Source: Chthoniobacterales bacterium
GTDB taxonomy: Bacteria > Verrucomicrobiota > Verrucomicrobiia > Chthoniobacterales > UBA10450
Length of the DNA stretch: 64,000 nucleotides
Direction of reading: 5' to 3'
NCBI GenBank assembly: GCA_050736975.1
Contig: JBOHXL010000016.1
Location: 2,208-66,207, forward strand
Made by a program: the position numbers and the translations under genes. Under the pieces are notes generated by a model, which did not search any database, was not told the origin of the DNA, and worked only from the letters and a program-made list of their open reading frames with translations. Position 1 is the stretch's first letter, and every line of letters starts with the position of its first letter. Below, one piece after another: positions 26,152 through 35,500 of the stretch.

Positions 26152-28443
26152 TCACTTTTTCGACGGCTTCTCTTCAGGTGCTGGCGGGGCCGCTTCACTG
26201 CTTTCGGTCTGCGGCGATTCTTCGGCGCCTTCCTTCAGTGCATGTCCGTTGTGCGGGGGCTCGAACTGCCGTTTCTTCCATGATTCGTGGCGCGCCTGCG
26301 CGGTCGATCCCGTGGTGAGTTTGAGCAACAGCGTGGCGCGATTCTTGATCTCCAGTTCGTCGCCAGAGACATGGTTGGTTGGGTTGCTCAGGAAGCCGTC
26401 CGGCGAAGCGGTGTCGAGCAAGAGCTGCCACTCGACATTTTCCTCGCCGGGCAGGACGAACTGCAGCGGCTCGTGGTGCGCGTTGAGCAGGAGAAGGAAG
26501 GTATCATCGCGGACTGGTTCACCTTCAAAGGTCTGCACGTCGATCGTATCGCCGCTCAGAAGCATGCCGAGGCAGCGGACGAACGGTGAATTCCATTCCT
26601 CGTCCGTCATCTCGTTGCCGCCCGGGTTGAACCACATGACGTCGCGAATTTCCGAGCCGCGAATCCGGCGGCCCTGGAAGAATTTCGGACGCCGAAAGAC
26701 GGGATGTTCGCGCCGGAGCTGGATCAGACGTCGGGTGAATTCAAGGAGCGCTTTCTGTTCGTCATCGTGCTGCCAGTTGAGCCAGCTGATTTCGTTATCC
26801 TGGCAATAAGCGTTGTTGTTGCCCTGTTGGGTGCGGGCCCATTCGTCGCCGGCAGTGATCATTGGCACGCCTTGGGAAAGAAGAAGAGTTGTGAGGAAGT
26901 TGCGGCGTTGCTGGCGGCGCAGTTGCAGAATCTCTGGGTCATCGGTCGGCCCTTCGACACCGTGATTCCAGGAGTGATTGTTGTTGTCGCCATCGCGGTT
27001 CTCTTCGCCGTTCGCCTCGTTATGCTTTTCGTTGTAGCTGACGAGGTCGTTGAGCGTAAAGCCGTCGTGCGCCGTGATGAAGTTGATGCTCGCGTAAGGA
27101 CGGCGGCCGCTGTGCTGATAAAGGTCGGGGCTTCCCGTCAGGCGATAAGCCAGCTCGGCGATCCTGCCCTCGTCGCCTTTCCAGAAGCTACGCACGGTGT
27201 CGCGGTACTTTCCGTTCCATTCGGCCCAAAGGACCGGGAAGTTGCCGACCTGGTAGCCGCCTTCGCCCACGTCCCATGGCTCGGCGATCAGTTTTACCTG
27301 CGAGATGACGGGGTCCTGGTGAATGATTTCGAAGAAAGCATGCAGCTTGTTTACGCCGTGCGCATCGCGCGCCAGGGTCGAGGCAAGATCGAAACGGAAC
27401 CCATCGACATGCATGTCAAGGATCCAATAGCGCAGGCTGTCCATCACGAGCTGAAGGGTGCGCGGATGAAGCAGATTGAAAGTGTTGCCCGTGCCGGTGA
27501 AATCCAGGTAGAAGCGCGGATCTTCCGGCGTCAGCCGGTAGTAAGCCTGGTTATCGATTCCGCGGAAGCTGAGGGTCGGGCCGAGGTGATTGCCTTCCCC
27601 GGTATGATTGTAAACCACATCGAGGATGACCTCGAGGCCGGCGGCGTGGAGATTGCGCACCATGGTTTTGAATTCCGTTACCTGCCCGGCGGTAACACCG
27701 CTCGAGGAATACTTCGGATCGGGCGCAAAGAAGCCAACGGTGTTGTAACCCCAATAGTTGGTCAGACCGCGATCGACCAGGGCCTTGTCGTTAACGTGAT
27801 GATGCACCGGGAGCAGCTCGACCGCGCTCACGCCGAGCTCCTTCAGATATTCGATCGACGGCGTGCTCCCGACCCCGGCGTAAGTTCCGCGGATTTCCTC
27901 CGGTAAGTTCTCGTTCAGTTTGGTAAATCCCTTGACGTGCAACTCGTAGATGACCGAGCTGTGCAGCGGTGTGCGGGGCGGCCGGTCGTCGCCCCAATCA
28001 AAACTGTTGTCGATCACCGTCGCCTTCGGCAATCCCCAGGCGTCATCGCGAAAGTCGGGGACCATGTCCTCCGCCGGGTCGCCCACGACATAGCCAAACA
28101 TTTCATCCGCCCAGTTGATTCGTCCCGAGATCGCCTTGGCATAGGGATCGATCAAGAGTTTCGAACCATTGAAGCGCTGCCCGCGCTCCGGATCGTAGGG
28201 ACCGAAAACGCGGAAGCCGTAAAGCTGTCCGGGCCGGACGTCAGGCAAATAAATGTGCCAGACCTGGTCGGTGTGTTCCGTCATCGGGATGCGGATGTTT
28301 TCCTGAGGCGCGTCGAGAGAATCGAAGAGGCAGAGATCAACTGAAGCCGCCGTTTCGGAAAAAAGGGCGAAGTTTACGCCGTTGCCGAGCCAGGTTGCGC
28401 CGAGAGGATAGGGATAGCCGAGCCAAACCTTAACGGGAGTCAT
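26152..28443 (-). CDS. glgX: glycogen debranching enzyme GlgX with a ~60-aa charged C-terminal extension
   Basis: 763 aa with YPLGATW, GH13 catalytic regions ([26 protein letters not shown]) and a Lys/Glu/Pro-rich tail. Confidence 0.9.
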   Translation of the reverse strand: MTPVKVWLGYPYPLGATWLGNGVNFALFSETAASVDLCLFDSLDAPQENIRIPMTEHTDQVWHIYLPDVRPGQLYGFRVFGPYDPERGQRFNGSKLLIDPYAKAISGRINWADEMFGYVVGDPAEDMVPDFRDDAWGLPKATVIDNSFDWGDDRPPRTPLHSSVIYELHVKGFTKLNENLPEEIRGTYAGVGSTPSIEYLKELGVSAVELLPVHHHVNDKALVDRGLTNYWGYNTVGFFAPDPKYSSSGVTAGQVTEFKTMVRNLHAAGLEVILDVVYNHTGEGNHLGPTLSFRGIDNQAYYRLTPEDPRFYLDFTGTGNTFNLLHPRTLQLVMDSLRYWILDMHVDGFRFDLASTLARDAHGVNKLHAFFEIIHQDPVISQVKLIAEPWDVGEGGYQVGNFPVLWAEWNGKYRDTVRSFWKGDEGRIAELAYRLTGSPDLYQHSGRRPYASINFITAHDGFTLNDLVSYNEKHNEANGEENRDGDNNNHSWNHGVEGPTDDPEILQLRRQQRRNFLTTLLLSQGVPMITAGDEWARTQQGNNNAYCQDNEISWLNWQHDDEQKALLEFTRRLIQLRREHPVFRRPKFFQGRRIRGSEIRDVMWFNPGGNEMTDEEWNSPFVRCLGMLLSGDTIDVQTFEGEPVRDDTFLLLLNAHHEPLQFVLPGEENVEWQLLLDTASPDGFLSNPTNHVSGDELEIKNRATLLLKLTTGSTAQARHESWKKRQFEPPHNGHALKEGAEESPQTESSEAAPPAPEEKPSKK

Positions 28444-28656
28444 GGATTGCGGACGTGTTTATCCCATCGGGATGGAGGCGGCAAGAGATCAGGGAGGGAA
28501 TAGCGATTGACGAAACTGGAAACGGCTGTCCTCTCGTCATTGGTTCATTGTTTCGATATTCAGCGTTCAGGTTTCGTCATTCCAACCTCGGAACCGCTCA
28601 ACACTTGGGGGGATCAGGGAGAAGGCGAAGAGAAAGAAGCCAGCGAGGTCGGCCGG

Positions 28657-30027
28657 CTACTTCTTTCCCTTGATCTCGAGTTTGCGGTAGAGCGTCGCCA
28701 TGCTGATGCCGAGCACGCTGGCCGCCTTTTCGCGCGCGCCTTTAAATTTCGCGAGCGTCGCTTCAATGTATTCCCGCTCCTGCTCCTGGATAAACTCGTC
28801 GAGCGACTTGCCGACGGGCATGGCCGAGCGCCCCTTCTTGGCCGCATTTTCACTGGCGTGCTCGATGATCTGCGGCGGCAGATCGTCAGGCATGATCAGG
28901 TCGTCTTCGCACAGGGCGCAGGCGCGCTCGATCGCGTTTTCCAGCTCGCGTACGTTGCCCGGGTAATCATATCGGCAAAGGAGATCAACCGCTTTCGGAT
29001 CGATTTTCTTTGGGCCGCCGCCGCCCTGCCCGGCCTGCTTTTGCAGAAAATGGTTCACGAGCAGGGGAACGTCTTCGAGCCGGTCACGCAGCGGAGGAAT
29101 TTCCACCGGAATCACCGCCAGCCGGTAATAAAGATCTTCACGGAAGGAACCGTCGCGAATCTTCGGCTGGAGCGGTTCATTCGTCGCTCCGACCACCCGC
29201 ACGTTGACCGGGACGCTCCTGTTATCGCCCACCCGGCGTACTTCGCGTTCCTGCAAGACGCGAAGCAGTTTCGTCTGGAGTGAGGTCGCCATCGAATTAA
29301 TTTCGTCGAGAAAAATGGTGCCGAGGTTCGCCTCTTCGAAAAGGCCGCGCTTGTCCGAGACCGCGCCGGTAAAGGCGCCCTTCTTGTGCCCGAATAATTC
29401 CGACTCGAGCAAGTTCTCGGGGAGCGCGCTGCAATTGATCGCGACGAACGGGTGATGCTGCCGGTTGCTGTTGAAGTGCAGCCCGCGCGCGACCAATTCT
29501 TTGCCGGTGCCGCTTTCTCCGTGGATCAAAACTGTGCTGTCGGTGTCGGCGACCTTGTTAATCAGGTTGTAGACGAGTTGCATCTTGCGGCTCGAGCCGA
29601 TGATGTTCTCAAACTTGTATTTGTTTTTGAGTTCCTTGCGTAGGTAGGTGTTTTCCTGCCGCGCGGACTGGAACTCGAGTGCGCGCTGCACCGTCATTTG
29701 CAGTTCGTCGATCTTGAACGGCTTCGGCACGTAGCCGTGCGCGCCCATCTTCATTGCCTCGATCGCGGTGTCGACCGAGGCATAAGCCGTGATCAAGATC
29801 ACGAGCGTCTGCCTATGATGCTCCTTCACGTGGCGCAGGACGTCGAACCCGCTCATCGTCTCCATCTTCACGTCCGTGATGACGATCTGAGGATCGATCG
29901 ATTCCATCTGCTCGACGGCTTTGGCGGCGGAACTGAATGGGAAAACCTGGTGCCCTTTTTCGCGGCAGAGAGTCACGATGACCTCCACCATTGCCGGTTC
30001 ATCGTCTATGATAATGATTTTGGCCAT
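28657..30027 (-). CDS. sigma-54-dependent two-component response regulator (NtrC/AtoC family)
   Basis: Receiver domain (IIIIDDE...DVKM), AAA+ domain with GESGTGKE and the GAFTGA loop, and a C-terminal Fis-type HTH. Confidence 0.9.
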   Translation of the reverse strand: MAKIIIIDDEPAMVEVIVTLCREKGHQVFPFSSAAKAVEQMESIDPQIVITDVKMETMSGFDVLRHVKEHHRQTLVILITAYASVDTAIEAMKMGAHGYVPKPFKIDELQMTVQRALEFQSARQENTYLRKELKNKYKFENIIGSSRKMQLVYNLINKVADTDSTVLIHGESGTGKELVARGLHFNSNRQHHPFVAINCSALPENLLESELFGHKKGAFTGAVSDKRGLFEEANLGTIFLDEINSMATSLQTKLLRVLQEREVRRVGDNRSVPVNVRVVGATNEPLQPKIRDGSFREDLYYRLAVIPVEIPPLRDRLEDVPLLVNHFLQKQAGQGGGGPKKIDPKAVDLLCRYDYPGNVRELENAIERACALCEDDLIMPDDLPPQIIEHASENAAKKGRSAMPVGKSLDEFIQEQEREYIEATLAKFKGAREKAASVLGISMATLYRKLEIKGKK

Positions 30028-30088
30028 ATTCTCAGGGCGGAGAGTATTTCAGAATTGAGAAAAGAAAAGGCAAATATGAGAATCGCCC

Positions 30089-31315
30089 TCAGGAGTCGCC
30101 TGCCAGTGTTACCCCAGCCAGCATCATCCACGGCACCTCTTTTTCCCACGCGATCACCTTTTCGAAAACGTCCGCGGAATCATTCTCAACTGGCAACGCG
30201 ATCAGGTCGGCTTGGAATCCGGCGCGGATTTTGGCCAGCACTCCCTCTTGCGCCAGAGCCCGTGCGCCGTTCACTGTCGCCATCTCCAGGATTCGTTTCG
30301 GGGCAAGCCATGGGCGCGCGTCGCGCAGGTTTTGCATTTCTGCGAAAAGGCTGAGCGAAAAATTGCTCGCGAGACTGTCTGTCCCGAGACAGACGTTAAA
30401 GCCGAGGCCAAGCAGGCGTCGCAGGGCAAAAGGCCGATGCCTGAAGTAGCGACTGCTGCGCGGGCAATGCGCAATGTGGAAACGCGGTCCGCGCTCGAGG
30501 CGGGCGAAGTCGTCTCCCGCCAGTTCGTTCAGGTGCACGATGATCCAGCGTTCATCGAGCGGCTCGCGATCGAGCACCACGGCCAGGGGCGTTTTGCCAT
30601 TCCCGCAATCGTCCATCGGGCGGCCGAGGCTGCGCAGCAGCTCGAACAAACGGCCGCGGCCATCGCGAAACATCTCCATCTCTCCGCCCGACTCCGCCAG
30701 GTGCATGGTGAGTGGCATCTTGTTTTGCCGCGCGATTCTTGCGCTGCGCTGCAACAATTCCACCGAAACGGTATAGGGCGCGTGCGGACTCAGCCCGAAG
30801 CCGCCACGCCAGCTCTCCTTGCCCTGAAAAGCGGCGAGCGCGCCCTCGATCATTTCCCCGGCGGACGTTCGGGGCTGCACGTCGATCAGCTCCGCAAACC
30901 ACCAGGTCCGCAAGGGCGGCGGCGCCATCCGTGGCAGCAACTGCGGCACTGACTCAACGTTCGCGATCGTGGTCGTCCCCCAGCGTTTCGCCTCCTCGAA
31001 CCCGCGCGCAATCGATGCGAGATAATCCTCATCGGAAAATTCACGACGCAGCCCGTTGATCTGGCGAATCCAGTCGGCAAACGATGGCTGTGGCGCAATC
31101 GCCCCGCGCAGCGAGGTAAAATCCAGGTGACAGTGCGCATTGATCAGCCCAGGGAGCAGCGCCACTTCGCCGAGATCCGTTACTGCCGCACGGTTGACGC
31201 GCATTTCATCGAAGCGACCGACTGCTTCGATCTGCTCGCCCTCGATCACGACCGCGCCGTCGTCAATTGGCGGGCCATCCATCGTGATGACACTTTTCGC
31301 GCGGTAGATTTTCAT
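30089..31315 (-). CDS. amidohydrolase-family deaminase/chlorohydrolase (aminofutalosine/guanine deaminase-like)
   Basis: 408 aa with LPGLINAHCHLDF metal motif, HLAES and VCLGTDS motifs. Confidence 0.8.
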   Translation of the reverse strand: MKIYRAKSVITMDGPPIDDGAVVIEGEQIEAVGRFDEMRVNRAAVTDLGEVALLPGLINAHCHLDFTSLRGAIAPQPSFADWIRQINGLRREFSDEDYLASIARGFEEAKRWGTTTIANVESVPQLLPRMAPPPLRTWWFAELIDVQPRTSAGEMIEGALAAFQGKESWRGGFGLSPHAPYTVSVELLQRSARIARQNKMPLTMHLAESGGEMEMFRDGRGRLFELLRSLGRPMDDCGNGKTPLAVVLDREPLDERWIIVHLNELAGDDFARLERGPRFHIAHCPRSSRYFRHRPFALRRLLGLGFNVCLGTDSLASNFSLSLFAEMQNLRDARPWLAPKRILEMATVNGARALAQEGVLAKIRAGFQADLIALPVENDSADVFEKVIAWEKEVPWMMLAGVTLAGDS

Positions 31316-31401
31316 GCCAGGCGAGGCATGCTGCGTGTAAGCGATGAAGAGTTAAAGCGTTGAATCGTGGAGAACCTTCGGCTGTTGCATCGCTTCAACC
31401 T

Positions 31402-32064
31402 TCAACTCTTCAACCCACAACCCTTCACCGCCCGGCGCGCTTCGGCCACGAGCAGGTTGCAGGCTTCCTGGCAGAGGAGCGGCATCACTTTTTCGCCACG
31501 GCCCGTCTGGTCGAGCGGCGCGATGCATTTGTCGAGCGGCAGACGCAACGAAGGCCGCGCTCCGGTCGCGTCGCGCGGCCAGAGAATCGTCCGCAGACAT
31601 CCAGGCTCGCCGCCTTGAGAACGGCAGAAGCGACCGACCAGCGCGTCGATCTGTTCATCGGAAATTTTCCCCGCGGCGCGATACATGCCGGTCTGGCGAT
31701 CGAGCGTCTCCCGCAGCGGCGTGGTCGTAAGTCGATTTGCTTCCCAGGCCGCCAGCGCTGCGAGCCGGCCGGGGTAAAAAAGATCGAGCGCTTCTTGCAG
31801 GGCCGCGAGGTCCGGCACCTCCAGGCGCCAGCCGTGCCGGAGATTGGGCGCGGTTTTGAGCGGGCGATAATCTCCCGCGTCGTCGAATTTCGCCAGCTCC
31901 ATGGCGTCGTTGGGCGAATGATGGATTTCCAGATCCTCATGCTCTGCGTCGTCGCGATGCGAGAGAGTGAAGCCGGTGCCGCTTTGCCTGATCTCAATCT
32001 GCCCAATGCCGCAGGCTCCCGAGGCCAGCCAATCTGCCAATACCCCCCTAACGCGCGGGAGCAT
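31402..32064 (-). CDS. DR2241-like protein (CbiX-associated, Cys-rich C-terminus)
   Basis: The ORF is open to 32232, but a start at ATG 32064 (MLPRVRG...) avoids a long overlap with the GAF gene. The Cys-containing C-terminus and the neighbouring CbiX suggest the DR2241 family. The call is tentative. Confidence 0.5.
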   Translation of the reverse strand: MLPRVRGVLADWLASGACGIGQIEIRQSGTGFTLSHRDDAEHEDLEIHHSPNDAMELAKFDDAGDYRPLKTAPNLRHGWRLEVPDLAALQEALDLFYPGRLAALAAWEANRLTTTPLRETLDRQTGMYRAAGKISDEQIDALVGRFCRSQGGEPGCLRTILWPRDATGARPSLRLPLDKCIAPLDQTGRGEKVMPLLCQEACNLLVAEARRAVKGCGLKS

Positions 32065-32590
32065 GCTTCTTGGCCGCTCCGTCCTTTTTCGCGCCTTTCT
32101 TTCTGGCCGTGCAAAGCCGGCGCGCCAGAACAACCGCGACATGCTCGAGAAAATCGCGATCATCTTCCGTGAAGGCGTCACGCTTTTCGCTCTCCACGTC
32201 GATGACTCCGATGACGTGGCCGGTTGTTTCACTCACAATTGGAACGACGATCTCGGAGCGTGTTGTCCAAAACGCTGGCAGCCAGCGCGGGTCCTTCGCC
32301 ACGTCGCCCACAATCAAGGTTTCGCCGCTTTCCACCACCGCGCCGCAGAGGCCCTGGCTGACCGGGAAGCGCGGGTAGGCCGGGGGCTCGTGGCCGGTCC
32401 TGGCCGCGATCACAAAATCACCGCGCTCAATTTTATAAATCCCAATCCAGCGATAATTCCGTTCCGTCCGCACCATCTCCGCTGCCTTTTTCAGCGACCC
32501 TGGGTCTTTGGGAGCGGCCAGAACGAAAGCCGCCAGATCCTGCAAGAGCTTGGTTGAGTTGTTTTTCACAGGCGCTGTTTCGGGAGACAA
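32048..32590 (-). CDS. GAF domain protein (free methionine-R-sulfoxide reductase-like)
   Basis: 180 aa. RWIGIYKIERGDFVIAARTG...VSQGLCGAVVESGETLIVGDV..DPRW....SEIVVPI is a typical single-GAF pattern. Confidence 0.75.
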   Translation of the reverse strand: MSPETAPVKNNSTKLLQDLAAFVLAAPKDPGSLKKAAEMVRTERNYRWIGIYKIERGDFVIAARTGHEPPAYPRFPVSQGLCGAVVESGETLIVGDVAKDPRWLPAFWTTRSEIVVPIVSETTGHVIGVIDVESEKRDAFTEDDRDFLEHVAVVLARRLCTARKKGAKKDGAAKKHAPAR

Positions 32591-32593
32591 CCT

Positions 32594-33430
32594 TTATGAA
32601 ATTGAGCTGAGATCAAGGGCTGCGCCATCGAAAGCTGCTGCTTGCTCGATGATGATCTCGGCAAACCGCGGCTCGGTCCCGATGGCGCTCGCGTAATAAA
32701 GATCCCGATTGTGGAGCCGATGCGGGTTCCGGCGAAAGATGGCACGCTGGCTCGCCGCCGCGGTCGGCGCCGGCTCGATTCCGAGCAGCACCGGGATGTC
32801 CTGGTAGCTATGCAAACCGTCAGAGATGAAAAACGGCACCACCACCACGCTCGGCGTAGTCGTTAGGCGCGCCCAATCGGCAATCAGCGGCGCCTCCTCC
32901 ATGTAAGCGTTTTGGACCGAGGCGTAACGGCCGAGCGCGGCGATTTTTTCCACCTCGCGCTTGGCCGCAATCGCACTGTTGTCGTTCAAGGCCGTCCCGT
33001 GGCCGACGATGAGCAAACTCGTTTCTGTTTCCCGCACGTCCGGCGCGACTTCCCGCGCGCGTTGCAAGAGCAGCTCGGTCACGGCCGGATGATTCCCGAC
33101 CGGTGCGCAATATTTCCAGACCTGGCCGCCGGCCCGGGTCGTCAGGCGGCCGTCCAGCTGCAGCTCGCGCGGGATCACCGTCTGGGTGAAATATCCTTCG
33201 CTGATAAAATTCGGCACTACATAGACGTCGTGGATCTCGGGAGCGTCGAAGAAAAGGAGCGCGTCACGAAAGCTCGCCTCTTCCTTCCAGAAGCAACAGG
33301 CAACCTCGCGAAAGAGGCCGCGCTTCCTGATCGCCGCCGCCTGCGCCAGGCTCGGCGCGCTGGAGTCGGGATTCACGGTCGAGCCATGCCCAACGATGAG
33401 GAGTGACGAGTTTGTATGCGTCGTTCCCAT
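32594..33430 (-). CDS. sirohydrochlorin chelatase, double CbiX-type
   Basis: Two repeats of LLIVGHG(S/T) with an FISxG(Y/L) motif (VVPNFISEGYF, VVPFFISDGLH). Start set at the internal ATG (MGTTHTNSSLLIVGHGS). Confidence 0.75.
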   Translation of the reverse strand: MGTTHTNSSLLIVGHGSTVNPDSSAPSLAQAAAIRKRGLFREVACCFWKEEASFRDALLFFDAPEIHDVYVVPNFISEGYFTQTVIPRELQLDGRLTTRAGGQVWKYCAPVGNHPAVTELLLQRAREVAPDVRETETSLLIVGHGTALNDNSAIAAKREVEKIAALGRYASVQNAYMEEAPLIADWARLTTTPSVVVVPFFISDGLHSYQDIPVLLGIEPAPTAAASQRAIFRRNPHRLHNRDLYYASAIGTEPRFAEIIIEQAAAFDGAALDLSSIS

Positions 33431-33566
33431 TCCCGGAAGCTTAAGCCACTTGGACCTGGATAAAAGGCGGCCGAATTTTTCATTTGCCGATCGAGGACTT
33501 TTCCCATCTTGAGGGTGCACGCTTTGCCCGCTCGGGATGACATGGGACAGGGGGCGCCTCCGTCGT

Positions 33567-35423
33567 TTAGTCCGAACTGTCTTCTTCCGGCTCTGCCTTC
33601 TCCTCCTCACCCTTTTCGCCGTAAATCTGGCGCAAGATTTTCCCGATCATCGGCGCCGCGGCCGAGCCGCCGTGCACCGTGCTCCCGACATCGCCCTCGT
33701 AAAGCGCGGCAAAGGCGTATTGCGGATGGTCGGCCGGCACGAACCCCGCAAACCAAGCCGCGGTTCGCTCCTTCTCCTTCGGGCCCCATTGCGCCGTGCC
33801 TGTCTTCCCCGCGACCGAAATCTTATCGAGGCTCGCCTGGTGCGCGGTGCCGGCGGGCGCGTTGACCGCATCCACCATCGCCGTGTAAATCTGCTCCATC
33901 ACCTTGGGCGAAGCGTCGATTGTCCTTTTCGCCCGCACCGAATAGGCCGCGACGATTTCGTTCCCGACCGTCTGCACCTGCTCGACGAGCCGGGTCTGAT
34001 AAAACGTTCCGCCATTCGCGACGATCGCCATCGCCTGTGCCATTTGGATGGGCGTGACGAGCAGGTCGCCCTGGCCGATCGACATGTTGGCGATGTCGCC
34101 ACCGAGGATTTTGCGGCCGTGGGTTGCCTTCATGTATTGATCGCTCGGCAAACGTCCTTCCGCTTCACCTTTCAGCGGGATTGCGGTTTTCGCGCCGAAG
34201 CCGAGCTTCGCCGCCCATTCGAGAATCGGCCCGGCGCCAGTCGCGATGCCGACCTGGTAAAACCAAGTGTCGCACGATTCGGTCAGCGCCTGGACAAAAT
34301 TGAGGGAGCCGCGGTCGCTGTGTTTCCAATTATGAAAGGTGGTGTTACCGATATCCATCGACGGGACGCACTCGTACTGGTCGTGCGGCGTGATGGTGTT
34401 GCTCTCGAATGCGGCCAGACCCACCGCCACCTTGAAGGTCGACCCGGGCGGGTAGGCGGAACGATAGGCCCGCGGCAACAGGGGAATGTCAGGGTCGTCT
34501 TGCAACTCCTTGAATTTCGCGGTCGAGATGAAGGGAACGAATTCGTTAGGGTCAAAAGTCGGCCAGGAGGCGAGGGCGAGAAGGTCGCCAGTGTTGGGGT
34601 CGATGATAACAATCGCCCCGCGTTTTGCCTTGGCGGCGAGCGCCTTTTCCGCCAGTTCCTGAAGTCGAAGATCGAGCGTGGTGACGATGTTGTAGCCGGG
34701 CACCGGCGGCTCCACGACCCGCTCGGAAGTTTTCCGGCCGTCGCGATCGAAGGTGACTTTGTACTTGCCGTGCCGGCCGGTCAGCATGCTGTTGAAGGTC
34801 TGTTCCAATCCCTCGCGGCCCTCCGTTTCTGGCCAAAGCACCTGACCATTCTCAATGATGCCGTCGGCGTTGCGACTCGTCCGTCCGGTGTAGCCGATGA
34901 CCTGTCCCGCCAGACTCTTGTTCGGATAGATTCGCAGGTAAATCGGTTTGAGGGAAAGCCCGGCTGGAAGGTTATTTTTCAGTTCCCCCAGCTCCGACTC
35001 GCTCAAATCTTGCGCGATCTCGAAGGGCAGGAAGCCGCGGTTGTGATAATGCCGCAGGACGGCGTTGCCGGAAACATCGAGCGAACGACCGAGGATCTTC
35101 TCCGCGGCGCGAATCCGCTGCCTCGCGTAGGCCAGCACCTGAGTGTCGGGAAAATCGAGCGGGGTCGGAAAATCGATCGTTAGGCTATAACTCAATCGAT
35201 TTTGCGCGAGTGGGGCGCCGTTGCGGTCGGTGATCTGGCCGCGCGGGGCAGGAATGTCGAGCAGGTAGGTGCGCGCCTGCTTCTGCGTCTCCCAGGTCGG
35301 CTTGATCGTTTCTTCAAACGGCGTCGAGGTCGCTTCCGGCTCCTGCGCCGCAACCGCCAGAGGAAACAAAAGAAAGAGCAGAATGAACCGCGGATGAAGC
35401 GGCCAGGCGCGGATCTTGGACAA
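33567..35423 (-). CDS. mrdA: penicillin-binding protein 2 (elongasome transpeptidase)
   Basis: PBP dimerisation domain plus transpeptidase motifs STFK (PPGSTFKV), SxD (ALTESCD) and KTGT (AGKTGTAQ). The ORF is open to 35657 but would then overlap uvrC by 157 nt. TTG at 35423, just before the TM helix, is proposed. Start is uncertain. Confidence 0.8.
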   Translation of the reverse strand: MSKIRAWPLHPRFILLFLLFPLAVAAQEPEATSTPFEETIKPTWETQKQARTYLLDIPAPRGQITDRNGAPLAQNRLSYSLTIDFPTPLDFPDTQVLAYARQRIRAAEKILGRSLDVSGNAVLRHYHNRGFLPFEIAQDLSESELGELKNNLPAGLSLKPIYLRIYPNKSLAGQVIGYTGRTSRNADGIIENGQVLWPETEGREGLEQTFNSMLTGRHGKYKVTFDRDGRKTSERVVEPPVPGYNIVTTLDLRLQELAEKALAAKAKRGAIVIIDPNTGDLLALASWPTFDPNEFVPFISTAKFKELQDDPDIPLLPRAYRSAYPPGSTFKVAVGLAAFESNTITPHDQYECVPSMDIGNTTFHNWKHSDRGSLNFVQALTESCDTWFYQVGIATGAGPILEWAAKLGFGAKTAIPLKGEAEGRLPSDQYMKATHGRKILGGDIANMSIGQGDLLVTPIQMAQAMAIVANGGTFYQTRLVEQVQTVGNEIVAAYSVRAKRTIDASPKVMEQIYTAMVDAVNAPAGTAHQASLDKISVAGKTGTAQWGPKEKERTAAWFAGFVPADHPQYAFAALYEGDVGSTVHGGSAAAPMIGKILRQIYGEKGEEEKAEPEEDSSD

Positions 35424-35500
35424 GAAAGTGGAGCTCAAACTATTTCCGATCCTTGTTTTCCGCCTGATTCGTGGTTCAAACTCTTCTGCTTCCAGAGCGC

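Noticed and set aside
26152-31400. Search for a sigma-54 promoter (TGGCAC-N5-TTGC) near the NtrC-family regulator and its neighbours.
   Set aside because: TGGCAC occurs only inside coding regions (for example 26864, 22073, 15924, 3574), without a properly spaced TTGC. No convincing -24/-12 element was found in the intergenic gaps.
31393-31429. Three closely spaced CTTCAAC heptamers (31393, 31400, 31408) plus a degenerate CTTCACC (31423), straddling the stop of the DR2241-like gene upstream of the amidohydrolase gene. Considered as a possible regulator-binding direct repeat.
   Set aside because: It is very short, partly coding, and a similar CTTCAAC/CCTCAAC pair occurs inside the def coding end (about 53262-53280). 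I cannot distinguish it from chance or local slippage without conservation data.
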